This document shows, piece after piece, positions 47,893 through 61,529 of a DNA stretch of 64,000 nucleotides. A program made the translations under genes and the position numbers. Each line of letters starts with the position of its first letter. The first letter of the stretch is position 1. This stretch comes from Lama guanicoe (lineage: Eukaryota), in assembly GCA_013239625.1 (NCBI GenBank), contig MU057325.1, positions 186,001 to 250,000 on the forward strand, written 5' to 3'. Under the pieces are notes generated by a model. It saw nothing but the letters and a program-made list of their open reading frames with translations. It searched no databases and was not told the origin of the DNA.

Positions 47893-48168
47893 TCAACAAT
47901 CTTATGGTTACCAGGGGAAGGGGTGGGAAGGGATAAATTTGGGAGTTTGAAACTTGCAAATGTTAACCACTATATATAAAAATAGATTTAAAAAAAACAA
48001 ACTTCTTCTGTAGAGCACAGGGAACTATATTCAATATCTTGTCATAACCTTTAATGAAAAAGAATATGAAAAGGAATATATGTATGTATATGCGTGACTG
48101 GGACACTGTGCTGTACACCAGAAACTGACACATTGTAACTGATTATATACTTCAATTAAAAAAAAAAT
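47893..48168 (+). mobile_element. L1 3' UTR fragment
   Basis: Standard tail with poly(A). Confidence 0.85.
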
Positions 48169-48409
48169 TTTTTAAAGCGCACATGGAACAAGACACGTCA
48201 CAGCTCCTCCATCACCTAAACACACACACACACGGTTCTGAGGTTTCCTGAGGGCTTTTCTGTGCTGAAAACAATCTGGAAAATAGGCATAGAGTGAAAA
48301 CAACATACAAGCCATAAATGACAGCTTTTCAAATAGCATAAATTACTGCTCCTCCGTTCTGAACCCTCCCTTCTTCAGCTTGTGGTAAAGTTACCAGCTG
48401 GATGTCTTA

Positions 48410-48690
48410 TAAAATAATAACAGTAACAAAAACCACAGCGGGGATTACTCTATGTTGATACCTACTGTTGCAGCAGGCAATGCACTGAGGGCTTTAAAAG
48501 CATTATCTCACTGAATCCTCTCAACAGCCCTCAGCAGTAGGGTGTGTGATCATCCTGAACGTACAGAGGGAAAAAACTGAAGCTTAAGGCGCTTACATAA
48601 CTTGAACACAAAGCAGAATCTGACAAGAGGCAGTCCGTACTTGAACCCAGGTCTGTCTCCGTGCAAAGCCTGGGCAATATGCTGCATTAT
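48410..48690 (-). mobile_element. MIR
   Basis: cattatctcactgaatcctctcaacagccct...acagagggaaaaaactgaagctt. Confidence 0.7.
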
Positions 48691-49479
48691 AAACTGAGAA
48701 CTAATCAAACAGGAACATCCAAGGTGAAGCTGAGAAATCAAGATAAAGCACAGAGGCATTCTGGGGAAAATGATGGTGACAGTTAACGCCCATGAAGAAA
48801 CACAGGAAAGCGTACGTGTGAACGTGTGTGCGCCCCAGCACGCTCAGAAAAATAAACCCTAAGAAATAAGACGTAGTTCCAGCTTCTTACCAAAACAGTG
48901 CTCATCGGCATATACTACACAGACGGCTCCCACACTTGGAATGGGTTTATCCAGACTGAGGAAGGCTCGGTCATCTGATTTTTAACAAGGTTCGCCCCCT
49001 CCAGCAGGTGATTCTTATCAGGGAAGTTGGCAACTAAGCCAACTTAGAAATCCTCTTGTCTCTAATAAATCTTTCATTTTCTTTCAGAATTATTAACATT
49101 TTGTATTGGAAAAAAAACCCTCAGTAACATAATTCTATATAACAAGACAAACACATATCACAGAAACAAATATGCCTTATGCCCCCAACCAGGAGACAGG
49201 GGACCTTTTCACTCTTTTCCAGTGTTGGTTTTTACTGTTTAAATCTAGCGGTAAAGAACATATTTAGGATTGGGGGTGGCGGCAATTCATGCTGGTCTAA
49301 CTCTAGAATACACTATGAAATGACGGTGTCTGGAAAAGACACTATTTCGGTAACAGATTTTTTTTTAATTAAAATCTAAACCACTTATATAAACTTTGTG
49401 ATTTGAGATATCTGATCACCTGAAAGGACACTGAGCAACAATTTTCTTTCTCAATTGGAAAAAGAAAAAGAAAAAGAAA

Positions 49480-49672
49480 GTAGAATGGTGGGTGATCGGG
49501 TCTGGGGGGAGGAGGACTGAGGAGTTACTGTTTAATGAGCGCAGAGTTTCAGTTTTGCAAGAGAAGAATTCTGGAGACGCATGGTGGTGACAGCTGACAG
49601 CACCATGAATGTACTTAATATTGTGAACTGTCCTCTTAAAAAATGGTTAAGATGGTAAACTTTATGCTCTGC
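49480..49672 (+). mobile_element. Old L1M(B)-type 3' end
   Basis: gagttactgtttaatg...cttaaaaatggttaagatggtaaac. Confidence 0.7.
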
Positions 49673-49878
49673 ACCATGGTCCCTCAGATTCTGAGGCAGG
49701 CTGGCTCCAGGAACCCCCTAGATCCCTGAGTCCGCGGATGCTCAAGTCCCTAACTGTCCCCACGGTACTGGCGTTTCCGTAGCAGTGGATTCAACCAACC
49801 ACAGATGGACTGTGTAGTATTTTTGATAGGCTGAATCGCAGATCTGGGACCTACCAATCCCAGAGGGCCGACCATGTA
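49673..49878. mobile_element. Tigger-family MITE (MER2/MER46-like)
   Basis: tccgcggatgctcaagtccct and gagggccgac..gta terminal motifs. Confidence 0.65.
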
Positions 49879-50367
49879 TTTCATGTATATTTTAAAACTT
49901 GGACAGAACTGTTAAAGACAATTTTTACATATTTGAGGGGAAAGGTGATAGTGCGGTGGAAAAAAAATGAACAGGGCTGTGATTCAGGTGTCCTATGATT
50001 CAGTCCAAACTTGCTGTGACTTTGAACACACATCCAGAAACCTGGGTCTCAGTTCCTGTCCACAAAAAATGAAAATCTGAAATTACCAAGAATCATCTAG
50101 AATTCCAGTCATCCGGAGGAAGCATCCGGAAATGGGGGGAGGGGAGAGTGGGCGGTTGGGGGGTTGCTGCCGCCATGAGATCTGAAGAACCCACTGACTT
50201 GTCCAAGGTCTCAATAGAGGATTCTTGTGAAAGGACGTGTGAAACTTTGTATAAAGAGCCATGTACACAGGGTAATGGTGTGCTATTAAGAAAGACACTA
50301 ATAGGTACTAATAGTATCCAATATCTGCTATACTATTGAGAAGTACCCACTGGATACTTCAACTAAC

Positions 50368-50588
50368 ATTTTTTTAAATTTTTAATTAAATTTTTGAATT
50401 TAAATAAGTTTTTGATTAAATTCAAAAATTTAATTAAAATTTTTCATTAAAATTTAAAATTGAATTAAATTTAAATTTAACTAAAATTTAAAATTAATTT
50501 CATTAATTTTAAAACTTATTTAAATTATTTTTAATTAAAAACTTAAGAATTTTTAATTCTTAATGAGAATTTTTTTAAAATTTTTAAA
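50368..50588. repeat. AT-rich tract with nested inverted repeats
   Basis: Almost pure A/T; perfect 24-bp arms at 50380-50403 and 50416-50439. Confidence 0.9.
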
Positions 50589-50689
50589 GTACCTATTATG
50601 TAAACAATGTAACAAAATGTAATCAGAGAAAGCATAACTTGGTGCTTTAGTATGCTAATTACAGATAATTCTCCCATCAACCAAGGAGC

Positions 50690-51560
50690 AGTGCATCCAT
50701 TCGCTCAGTATTTAACAAGCGTCTACCACGTGCAGGGCATTGAGGCGCTAAGCGCAGGCGGCTGCGCAGACAGGGAGCAGGGAACTCAAGGCTCCAAGGG
50801 GAGCTGGGAGGAAACCAAGAGAGCACGTGGTGGAAGAGCCCCACGGGGACAGATGAGGCTGGATGGATGGCAGGGAGCCCAGTGATGCCGAATCTCAAGA
50901 ACTTCTTCCAAGATTTTGAATGTTTTGCCAAGAACTATGGAAAACCACTGAAATGCATGAAGGAGGATTCAGAGGTTAAAGGGTGAGATCCGAGGACAGA
51001 AGGAGAAGAAACTTAAAGTGGTGAAAAGTGCCCCGCCAGAGTCCAGGCAGAGCCCAGGATGCCTTGCAGAAAAACAGGGCAGCGGTGGGGAGAGGGGACG
51101 GATGGGATATACCCAGAAGGTCAAATGCACGGAGCTTAGTTTTACAGCACTGGTTCCAGGAACCAGGGCGGAGGAATGGACGAGAGTCCACACAGAGAGG
51201 AGAGAAAGGCAAACTGGGGACCTCGAAGAACCACCCCCTGCCCCTATCCACTGTCCTGCAGAAGGGGCCGAGTCTGGAAAGGGCGCTGAGCCACAACCGC
51301 CCCAGTACCAGGAGGAAAAGTAGGGCAAAAAAAGAAAAAGAGCATTTCGCCAAGAAAAGACGGTCAGCAGGGCCAAATGCTGAGCAGCAGGATGAAGCCT
51401 GGAAAACATGCACTGGATTCATACACATTTACCCTGAAATCACTCATGACCCTGGCAGAAGTGGTGTGAGCGGATTACGGCAGATGGGAGTGGAGGGAAG
51501 AAATGAACACCGAGGGTGTGGACAACTCTTGAGACGTTCAGCCTCTGAAGAAAGAAATGA
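50690..51560 (-). mobile_element. L2 remnant, boundaries approximate
   Basis: catccattcgctcagtatttaacaagcgtctaccacgtgcagggcattg followed by purine-rich L2-like sequence. Confidence 0.5.
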
Positions 51561-51617
51561 TATAAGGCAGGAGATGGGAAAAAGCGTGGTTTTTTTTTTT
51601 AATTGTGTGCTGTTTTC

Positions 51618-51923
51618 AAATGAACTTACTCACAAAACAGAAACAGACTCACAGACATAGAGAACAAACATATGATTACCAGTGGGGAAGGGGGTGGGAA
51701 AGGATAAACTGGGAGTTCGAGATTTGCAGATACAAACTACTATATATAAAATAGATAAACACCAAGTTTCTACTGTATAGCCCAGGGAACTACATTCAAT
51801 AACTTGTAGTAACCTATAAAGAGAAAGAATGTGAAAAAAGTATATGTATGCATATGCATAACTGAAACATGATGCTGTACACCAGAAATTGACACACTGT
51901 AACTAACTATAAAAATAAATAAA
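51618..51923 (+). mobile_element. L1 3' UTR fragment
   Basis: Standard tail. Confidence 0.85.
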
Positions 51924-52624
51924 TGGTGTGTTGTTTTATTAATAAAGAGGCTTCAGGGTGCTTACAATCCAATGAGGAAGATCTGCGGAGAGAGAAAAGT
52001 TTACTCTAATGAGAAGGGAAGTTTCTGAGGTAGGAGTTGAGATGAGATCTAGGACAGGAGAGGAGGGGGGCCAGCCTCAGACAGGTGGACAGAGGATTCC
52101 CGCCGAGCCGGCTACGTGGATGCAGAGGAAGGTGGGTTTGCATCTTTGGTAGCAAAAAGAAAGTCTTCCCACCTGCTGGCTTCAAAACCCTTTGGAAGCA
52201 GGAGTTGAGGTCATCAGGGAGGAGGTGAAGGTGGTGTGAGGGAGAGAAGGGGTGGATTAACACGTGGGGAAAGAGGCCCCTGCTCAGAGCCACGTGAGCC
52301 GGGAGCCCGCCCTGAAGTCTGACTGTCTCCGCCGTGCGTCACTGCCTAGGGACAGGCACAGACTGAGCAGACACCTGGGCTCATGCTGTTCGGGCTCCGC
52401 TGGAAAACTGGTATGTACTCAGCAGCAGGCAGGAAACCGAAAGGGATTTTGTGGGAGTTAAAAAAAAAAGAGAGAGAGAAAAGAAAAAGAAAAAAACCCA
52501 TTTACTTGGAGATTAGTCTAAGCATAACCTCTGCCCTCCAGAACACAGCTTACCGACTCTGCCACTGACATCTGTGCTCAGAGAGGTCACACAGTAAGAA
52601 AATACATTCAATGTGTCTGTGTAC

Positions 52625-52698
52625 TCATCGCTGGGACACTGTGCTGTACACCAGAAATTGACACATTGTAACTGACTATACTTCAATTAAAAAAAAAA
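52625..52698 (+). mobile_element. Very short L1 3' end
   Basis: TSD aaaatacattca. Confidence 0.75.
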
Positions 52699-53563
52699 TA
52701 CATTCAGATGCCTCGCTTGTCCTTTGAGGTTAAGACAGCTAGCATAACAAATTCCTGAAGATGACTGTTTGGACTAAATCATGTTCAGGCTTAGCATATT
52801 CTTACTGTTCTTATTGGTGGAAAAATCATCTCCCCTCGGACCCGCCCCTCAGAGAAAAAAAAAAGATCTGGAATATGATCCTCCCTTTCCCCCTAATAAA
52901 CCTGAACGTGAAGGAGACCCACCCACGGCTGTGTAACTGGGTGTAGCTATTGCTTTATGCTCATATTTGGGTACATTTTGTTGGAGAAACAAAGCCAAGA
53001 GCCCCAAGGTAGCAACAAGCTATGAAGGTAACTTTCCCTTCTCTCCAAACTAGATGCCCGAACTTACTTCAAACATTCTTCTGATTTTTTTTTCTACAAA
53101 GGGACTCTCAACCAGCAACAAGGCAGAACGCAAAGGCTGAGAAACACTGTAATTCACAGCAAGCTTTGTTAGCGCTTCAAGATTAGAATCTAATACTGGA
53201 CATTTTTAAAAACTACCTAAATGAATTGAGACTTTCGCTTCACAAAGAGCAATTAACCCCATAATAGCCTCATGGACTTTAATTAAAGCACAGAGAATGG
53301 GACTGATTTTGGTAGAGGAGTAACTTTTTCAGGGCCTACATTTAACTGAACTTACGAGAGTAAACTGTAAGTAAATCTAGGAGTTAAATACCACCCTCTC
53401 CCGCTAAAAAAAAAAAAGGCGGGGGGGGTGTATCAGCTTATTTACTCTGGTAGAAACTATTAAACTACTGCTGTCAGAGAGTAACATGAGACTCTGAGTC
53501 TACAAATGAGCCCAAAGAAGAGATGCTGCAAGAAAACAGAGGGACCTATCAAAGAGCAGCAGA

Positions 53564-53608
53564 TGCTGGATTCAGAGTTCAGAGTGCTCACCATCACACC
53601 ATGGAGCC
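53564..53608 (-). pseudogene. 5' half of tRNA-Gln(CTG), retrocopy fused to L1
   Basis: GGCTCCATGGTGTGATGGTGAGCACTCTGAACTCTGAATCCAGCA, about 41/45 to tRNA-Gln-CTG nt 1-45 as recalled; no T-arm or B-box. Confidence 0.85.
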
Positions 53609-54244
53609 ATATGATCCAGCCATCCCACTCCTGGGCACATATCTGGAGGGAACTGCACCCCAGTGTTCACAGCAGCACTATTTACAATAGCCAAGACATG
53701 GAAGCAACCTAAGTGTCCATCGACAGATGACTGGATAAAGAAGTTGTAGTGTATTTATACAACAGAATACTACTCAGCCATAAAAAGGAATAAAATAATG
53801 CCGTTTGCAGCAACATGGATGGACCTGGAGATGGTTATTCTAAGTGAAGTTAGCCAGAAAGAGAAAGAAAAATACCACAAGATATCACTTGTATGTGAAA
53901 TCTAAAAAAAAAGATAAATAAACTTATTTACAAAACAGAAACAGACTTGCAGACATAGAAAACAAATCTATGGTTACTGGGGAGGATGCGGGGGAGGGAC
54001 ACATTGGGAGTTCAAGATTTGCAGATTCTAACTACTATATATAAAACAGATAAACAACAAGTTTCTACTGTAGAGCACAGGGAACTATATTCAATATCTT
54101 GTAGTAACCTGTAACGAAAAAGAATATGAAAATGAATCTATGTATATGCATGTCTGGGACATGATGCTGTACACCAGAAATTGACACAACACTGTAAACT
54201 GACTATAATTCAATTAAAAAATAAAAGATTAAAAAAATAAAATA
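53607..54244 (+). mobile_element. 5'-truncated L1 (ORF2 end, 3' UTR, poly(A))
   Basis: ccatatgatccagc...aatagccaagacatggaagcaacctaagtgtccatcgacagatga. Confidence 0.92.
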
Positions 54245-56397
54245 AGCAGATATTTCCTCTCAATACTTACATGCTAAACTGCATTCCCCAGTTGCAAGGA
54301 AAAATACACAGAAAAATACTAAAAGGAGTCAGCAGATGTGGGCACTAACTCACTCGCTTGGCTACAGATGGATTAAAAGCAGCCATGTGAGTTCTTCAAG
54401 ATTTTAAAGTGTGAGAATGCTTAGAAGCCACCCATTCATGCTCTCAGAGTTCAACGTTTTAAGTTTATTTACTAAGGGAAATAAGGAGTTTGATTCTGCC
54501 TCGCAAATTGAAAAGTTTATGATTTTAAAAACAATTAAGAACCGTCAGGGCCCTGCCTGCGGCCACACACACCTTACCTGGTGTGCACGCCCACACCCTC
54601 ACATGCGTATACACCCTCATACCTCTGGTTCTGCAGCCTGAGGGCAGACCAGGTTCTGGCAGAAAAGAATCACCAAAGTCTACAGTAATCTTACTTCCTG
54701 TGGGAATATTTCAAACCCTACAGGGCCTCCTCCCAGTATTAAACTAGTCCAACCCAGTTTAGCCTGTAAGGTGTGACTGAATCCAAAGTACGAGGCTGAA
54801 TCACCACCTCCAGGTCCTATGAAACGAGCTGACTCAGACCACAGCCCTCACTCTCACCTGCCCAATGACAGCATCTTTGAACACTTCCTATAACAAAACA
54901 TGACGGTCTCAGTAAGTTCTAATTCAGAATGCAAATAATGAACCAAATAGTCACTACTCAGCTCCACACTTGGACAAGTGAAGAACTCCTGAAGTAAGAG
55001 AATATTTACATTCCTGCTCCTGAACACAACCTATTCCAAAAATTGTTGAGTCTTGCTTGGGGGATATATTTAAAACATGCTTGTGCAAAGAAATGCCAGG
55101 GGCCTTAAAAGGAGATTTAATAAATGAATGAAGGGCAAGCAGAAACTAGTGAGCAGAAAGAATCTCTCTTCAAAATAGCCTCGGCATTTCAGGCCTGACA
55201 TACTTGATGTCTTGTCGTGTGGCCACCCCAGGCTCGCCCGGCCCCAGGGCACCGCTGCGTGGTTCTCCCTGGCCTGTGGGCATCCATTCGTGTCCCTGCC
55301 TGTCAGACGGGCCAGTTTTCCACGCTGAGCGACACTGGGTGCTGCTGTGTTGGAGCTTGGCTTCCATCAGTGTTCCAGGGCAGACAGCTACTTGGAGAGG
55401 CTGATAAAGTCAGACCAGCTGGGGACTGAGCTTCAGGCTGGAGATAACTTATTTCCCGCAGAAGAAAAAGGTCCATCTTACTGTGACTCTGAGCACATGT
55501 CAGTGACAGCACAGAGCTCTCGGCTGAACCTCGGCTCTAACACCTGCCCCTGAAGCACGTGGACCACCTACCGCCAGGAATTTCTCTCCTTCTATACCTG
55601 TCTTACGCTTGGCAGTTTATTAGCCGACTGGTGTCTAGAGGATACTTCTAGAATCCCTTGGCTACTGGGTCTCCGTTAATTCTGCTTGATCCTCTCTTGC
55701 TTTTAAGCTCCTTACTCATCAAATGCTCGTGACATCCTTTTGATCTAAGTCCGGCAAATCCAAGTCTTCTTTGTTATTCTTTGGAATGAAAAGCAAGGTG
55801 ACGGGCAACAGAGGCTTATTTACGAAGATTTCTTAACCGGTGTGGTTTTCAGTGAAAAGGTTTCAATAGGCTTGAAAGAAAATTTAAACACTATAAACCA
55901 AACAAGCAGAAATGAGTGCAGATACACGCACTAGTATTTCTCTTATTTGAATCCTTTGCACTGAAAACTGAACATAGCAAATGGACGTTCCTAGGAGGAA
56001 CTGGGAACAGAATTTTCTAAGTTGGAATTCATATAAAAACAATGCCTTTCTCAGTGACCTATTTAAACAGAACCTACAGAAAGCATCCCCTGTAATCTCT
56101 TCCACTAAATCCTATTACTTAATCCTTCTGCCTACCCATTGCCCAACCCAGGCTCTCCATCCTCTGGAGGAAAACATGACGCACTAAAACTACAGAAAAG
56201 CTCATTTGTCAATTTCCTCTTACTGCTACTGAGTGTTTGAATGTTCTCTTATCATCCACAATTTCCCTCACTACGTGAAGTTGTTGGCGACGCTGTTTTC
56301 AGAAACAGTGGATTCTAAGTCAAACAATTAATGTGGTCCCTTGATAATTTCTTACAAGGGACCAAGATCTTAGTTGGCCGTTATATATGGTACTATT

Positions 56398-56953
56398 TAT
56401 TGGATAGGGCAGGGGTCCCTGGAGAAACAGAACCAGGCATGGCTTTCTTGACATAAGAGAAGCCATCTTGGTCCAAGCCATTTGGGGAGCTAAGCCTGGC
56501 CACCAAGCTTGCCCTTAAACAGGTCTCACTAATAACGATCTTAAGGGAACAGAAGAATGCAGAAACAGGGACTGTTATCAGGCAAGAGAAGTAACAGCAA
56601 AGATAATCCACTATAAAGATCTCCCGTTCTGTTTCAGTGGTAAAGACTGGCCTGAAGCCTCAACCACCAGATCAACTGGAACCTAAGGGAGAATGACGCC
56701 GACCTAGAATTTCTGACTTCAATCAACTAACTAAAGCTTGGACCCTGTCGACCGCCCAAGCCCCTTCATGAATATGCACATGCCCTTAGCTTAAAATTTC
56801 CCTACTTTTGTTGTTCAGGGAGATCTCTGGCCAAGATCCCCAGTGTTCTCCATACTTGCTGCCAGTAATAAATCCTGCGTTCTCCACTCTTTGGCTTGGC
56901 TGTGTCTTTTGGCTCGACGCCCACCCAGAGGCGAGCCCAGTTTTCGGGTAACA
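56398..56953 (+). mobile_element. Solo ERV LTR
   Basis: gccatcttgg, atgaatatgca, AATAAA, U5-like end ...gggtaaca. Confidence 0.75.
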
Positions 56954-57726
56954 ATTTCTTAAATTCATCAAGCATTTTCATATGTCTTGGCTGAATGCCA
57001 TTGGTCTCCAAGGACGCACTACCACAACTGCTCTGGGCAACAGTTCCATTATCTGGATATCCACGCTGTCTACGGGGAATTATGCATTTACACAGAAGTT
57101 TATGAGGACTTGAGAATCCAGAGTAATCATTTCCATTATGTGAAAGGTATGTGATCTCTACTAGCTACCCTTTTGAGCCTCAGTTTAACAATTTAACAAT
57201 TTGACAACTTAATAAATTGATAAAATGGAAACAGAGCCATCTATTTTGCAGGACTGTGATATTTAAAAAAAAACAAAAACTGACGCATGGTCAACATCCT
57301 GCAACTATTTCTTGGGCACCTGCTACGTGATGGTTTCTTTTTACCTGCACGGAACATTTTTATTGCATAACATCTACAAATTAGTCTCATTATGTAAAAT
57401 TCTCTTCGTTTTCATTTCCCATGATAGTTCTTTCAAGAAACAGAATTTTAGAAAATTAAGTTTCTGTGGAACTTTTAGAACAACTGCATTGTTAGTAAAG
57501 GGCTGCTCACTGGGGTTAGCAAACACTGGCTCTGATTCCAAAAGTCGTATCTGTGTGGGACACTAATAGAAATAGGCTAGACAGTCCAAATTAATGTGCT
57601 TGACCAACAGCTTTTGACAGCATTTACATTAACATGGAATCCAAAGGATGTTAGTGTTCTGCCCATTTCAGGCCAATATTCCTAAATCTTTGGATAACAT
57701 CATGTACATTAGGTACAGACATTATC

Positions 57727-58034
57727 ATGCACCTCTGTATCTGTGGTTTCTGCATCCTCGGATTCAACGAACCATGGATCAGAAATATTTGAAAAAATTC
57801 CAGAAAGTTCCAAAAAGCAAAACTAGAACTTGCTGTGTGCTGGCAGCTATTTACACAGCGTTTACATTGCATTCGTTGTCAAAAGTAACCTAGAGATGAC
57901 TTAAAGTACGCAGAGGATGCGTACTGGTTACATGTGGACACTGCGCCATTTCACATAGGGGACTGGAGCATCCTGGCACCTTGTTACCTGCAGGGGTCCA
58001 AGGACCAAACCCCATGGATACCAAGGGACAACTA
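57727..58034. mobile_element. Tigger3/GOLEM-like DNA transposon
   Basis: ctctgtatctgtgg...tctgcatcc...ggattcaac and ccatggataccaagggacaact ends. Confidence 0.8.
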
Positions 58035-59551
58035 CACACAAAAATCTTACTAAATCACTTAGCACAAATTATACTGGCTTATTCTTAAATGACAAATACT
58101 ATTTTCCTTCTCATCTCCAGAGAAATCTCCCACATTCTATCCAGGGCAGATGAACTGGCCAGACAGAGGCACCACACCCCTCTTTCCATCCACTGCCCCG
58201 ATCATGAGGTTATTTCTTACGAAGCCCTCATTCCTTAGCATCCTTCTCAAAAAAGTCTCCCATCTGCTCAGACTTGGCGTTTGAGTAGAAACCAACCCCG
58301 TGTACCACCTCAGATAATTTTTTAATTTTAATTTCAGAGGTCAAATAAAATTCATACAACTAATAAAACTTTTTATCTAAAAAAAAAATACCCCCAAAGC
58401 CTAGTTAAGTGGGTATCTTTCCCCAGCAAATCCAAAGACATCGCAAAATTTACGAGAGTCATTATCAAGTAAAAACAACTGTTCAATGAAACACTGCTCT
58501 CTGACATGTGACTATTGCTGTCCAATGGCCAGAAATCTGCTTACAAGGATTTCTCAGTCGTTCACAACTTTGCCTCTTTCGTCTTTCGTGTAAACCAAGG
58601 CATTCAACCACGAAAACTATGCGGAGTTGAGTGCCATCTGTTTAATTATTGCACACACTAGGAAAAAAGTAGTCAATTGTTTTTTTAAGTAAAAAGGAAG
58701 GTCCAAGGACTTTAAAAGAAAACAAAATACAGTTCTACAGATGAAAGGTTTCTTCTAATAAAAGAAACCATAGTAAAAGAAAGAAAGAAAGCAAGAAAAG
58801 AAACCACAGTAATATTTTAGGCACAAGACAATTTTACAAAACTTCAGCAAGGAAAAAATCTTTTAAGTATTTAAACCTGCTATTCAGTGTTTTTACACGA
58901 ATTCTAACAGAGGAAAAGCAAATCACTAGGAAATCAAAGTTCCAAGTTAACGCTAACAACTTCCTAAAATGATCTCTGCCCAAAGAAAAGTTCAAGACAA
59001 ATAACATTCGCAAGATCCAAATCCTCCCCTAAAGTGACGTGAGCTCTGTGACTAAATTAAACAGGAAATTTTAGGATCTTTGACACAGCAGTGACCCATT
59101 TAAGTACTTCGGGGAAAACACACAGCAGGAATATACCAATTTGTACTCTTAATCCTTCCTGAGTATTGAAGAGACAATGCCTAGAGAGCATGGTTTTTAA
59201 GAGACAGTGATTTTAGAAGGACAGCCTGCTTCTAAATGTTTTGCTTCTACCTAGAAAACTTCAAAAGGAGAGATAAGGGAACACCTTCAAAATGCATCAC
59301 GGCACCAGCCCTTCGGTTTAACCATCCAAACACTGTCATTCAAAGGCTAAGAAGGTTTCATCATTCTGGGTATCAAATGTGTCCAGCCTTCCAAGGGCTT
59401 GGGTTTTAAAAAGTCACGTGGGGAGAGCAGTGTGACCATCACGATGTCTGTACCAGGAAACCCTCCCAGCAGTGAGTCACTCAAGGGGAGCTGGCACCTT
59501 ATTCTGGACAAGTGGAGGCGAGTCGGTCCTGGTTTTCCTAATTTTTGTCTT

Positions 59552-59698
59552 TTTTTTTTTTTGGAAGTATAATCAGTTACAATGTGTCAGTTTCTGGTGT
59601 ACAGCAGCATGTCCCAGTCATGCATGTACATACATGTATTCATTTTCATATTCTTTTTCATTGAAGGTTATTACAGGATATTGAATATAGTTCCCTGT
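59552..59698 (-). mobile_element. L1 3' end fragment
   Basis: Reverse tail; TSD gtcctg.tttt.ct. Confidence 0.8.
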
Positions 59699-60259
59699 GT
59701 CCTGATTTTTCTTTTTAACTCAGCAGCCTACACCTACTTCTACGGAATGCTGTTCTGTAAAGGAGGCAGATTATTACAGTGTTTACAGGGGGCATGGGTG
59801 TGGACACATGGGAGACTCATTATAGGTTTATAGGTGTCAAAGTCTCCAAAATAAAAAAAGAGGGAGAGAAGGGGAGGAGGCAGGGGAGAGAAACAAAAGG
59901 AAGAAAGGGAGAGAATAGGGGAGACGGGGTTTCCAGGCAAACAGACTGAATGAGACCTTAGCTCTGCACCTTGGCAAACTTGAGGTTCCCCACTTGCAAA
60001 GTGGGTAACAGCAGCTCCTGCTCTAAGGGTCTCTGGGAGACGTGAAGGAGGTAACGCAACAGAAAGCCCTTAACAGAATGCCTCAAATGCAGAAAGTTGT
60101 CAAAATATTAACTATTCCAGTTACTATCATTTTTATCATAATCGAATACGTCTCTCGGTACGAGGCCTCTATTTAGGAAGAGATCCAGTTCTTCAACAAC
60201 ATGATACAATTTTTGCAAAACTAAAATAAATCACTGAGATCAAGAAATACATTGTTTCA

Positions 60260-60465
60260 GCCACTATATATAAAAATAGATTAAAAAACACAAATTTCTT
60301 CTGTATAGCATAGAGAACTATAGTCAGTATTTTGTAATAACCTTTAATGAAAAGGAATATGAAAACAAATACGTGCATGCATATGCATGACTGGGATACT
60401 GTGCTGTACACCAGAAAACTGACACATTGTAACTGACTTACTTCAATGAAAAAAATTTTTTTAAA
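60260..60465 (+). mobile_element. L1 3' end fragment
   Basis: TSD aagaaatacattgtttc. Confidence 0.85.
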
Positions 60466-60529
60466 AAGAAATACATTGTTTCCAGCCAAGGTTTTCTGAG
60501 GATTTAGCTTCCTCTAAGGCAACAGGAGC

Positions 60530-60750
60530 GTGTATTCAGCACCAAGTGCTGGGGTTTGAATCCCAAGTCTGCCACTTGCTGGCTGGGTGACTTTAAGCAA
60601 GTGTTTACTCTGGTTTCACTTCTGTCTGTAACCAGCCGAGGACAAGATTCCCTTATGGATGCTGTGAGGGTTAAATGAATTAATACATGTAAACTGCTTA
60701 AGACAGTAAGTGCTTTGTGAGTGTTAACTGGAGAGCTCATGGTTATCAGT
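60530..60750 (+). mobile_element. MIR
   Basis: gggtttgaatcccaagtctgccactt...gtgagggttaaatga. Confidence 0.75.
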
Positions 60751-61004
60751 TCTTACTGGGAAACTGTTTGCCACCCCAAACTTGGCCACTGCTAAACCCA
60801 GCTACTCACTAGAGTAACTAGGCGAGGGGGCTATGATTTGGAAGCTTGTGAGCTCTGAGTCTGAACTAAATCCTGACCTCACTAACCATCAAAGCTCCCT
60901 AGATATAATCTTGGTCCCCTCCTGGTAGAGTATATGACTTTACTGTCGGCAAAATCCAAAGACGTACCATAGCTCTGTGTGTCTGATTTTCTAAAACATT
61001 TTTG

Positions 61005-61131
61005 TTTGTTTTGTTTTGGGGGGGGGCGTGTAATTATGTTTATTTATTTATTTTAATGGAGGGACTGGGGATTGAACCCAGGACCTCATGCACGCTACAC
61101 ACGCACTCTATCACCGACCTATACTCTCCCC
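61005..61131 (-). mobile_element. tRNA-derived SINE
   Basis: Reverse-strand head and tail. Confidence 0.82.
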
Positions 61132-61529
61132 TTGCAGTGATTTTTTTTAATTGAACGTTTTATTGTGAAATCACTGTAGATTTATAGACAGTTGTAAGGA
61201 ATAATACAGAGCAATCCTGTGTAGCCCTACCCAGTTCCCCCGAGACAGGAGGGAAGCAGGCAGGGCACAACCATGGAAGGAATGACACAGCCACTGAAGA
61301 CAGGACACAAACTGGTTAGAGCCAAGTTAGCGGAAGGTCCAACTTCCGCCCAGGGTGGCGGAAGGCTCGACTTCCAGTTGATTTTCTTTTTACTTGTCTG
61401 TATTTGTTAATGTTCTGCCTTCCACATGCATTGCTTTTATAATAATAATAGCTTATTTTTAAATTTAGAAATGAAAGAAACACTTCTCATATTTGTCTAA
61501 GGAAAAAAAACATAACACCAAGTCCATAC

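Noticed and set aside
48898-48917. Resemblance to the U6 snRNA 5' end
   Set aside because: Needs several gaps over about 20 nt; not significant
50969-51660. Overlapping 100-210 aa ORFs
   Set aside because: Lie in L2/L1 remnants; no protein-like signal
5036-61131. tRNA-Ala-like sequences as tRNA genes
   Set aside because: Diverged copies with A-rich tails and TSDs; these are SINEs
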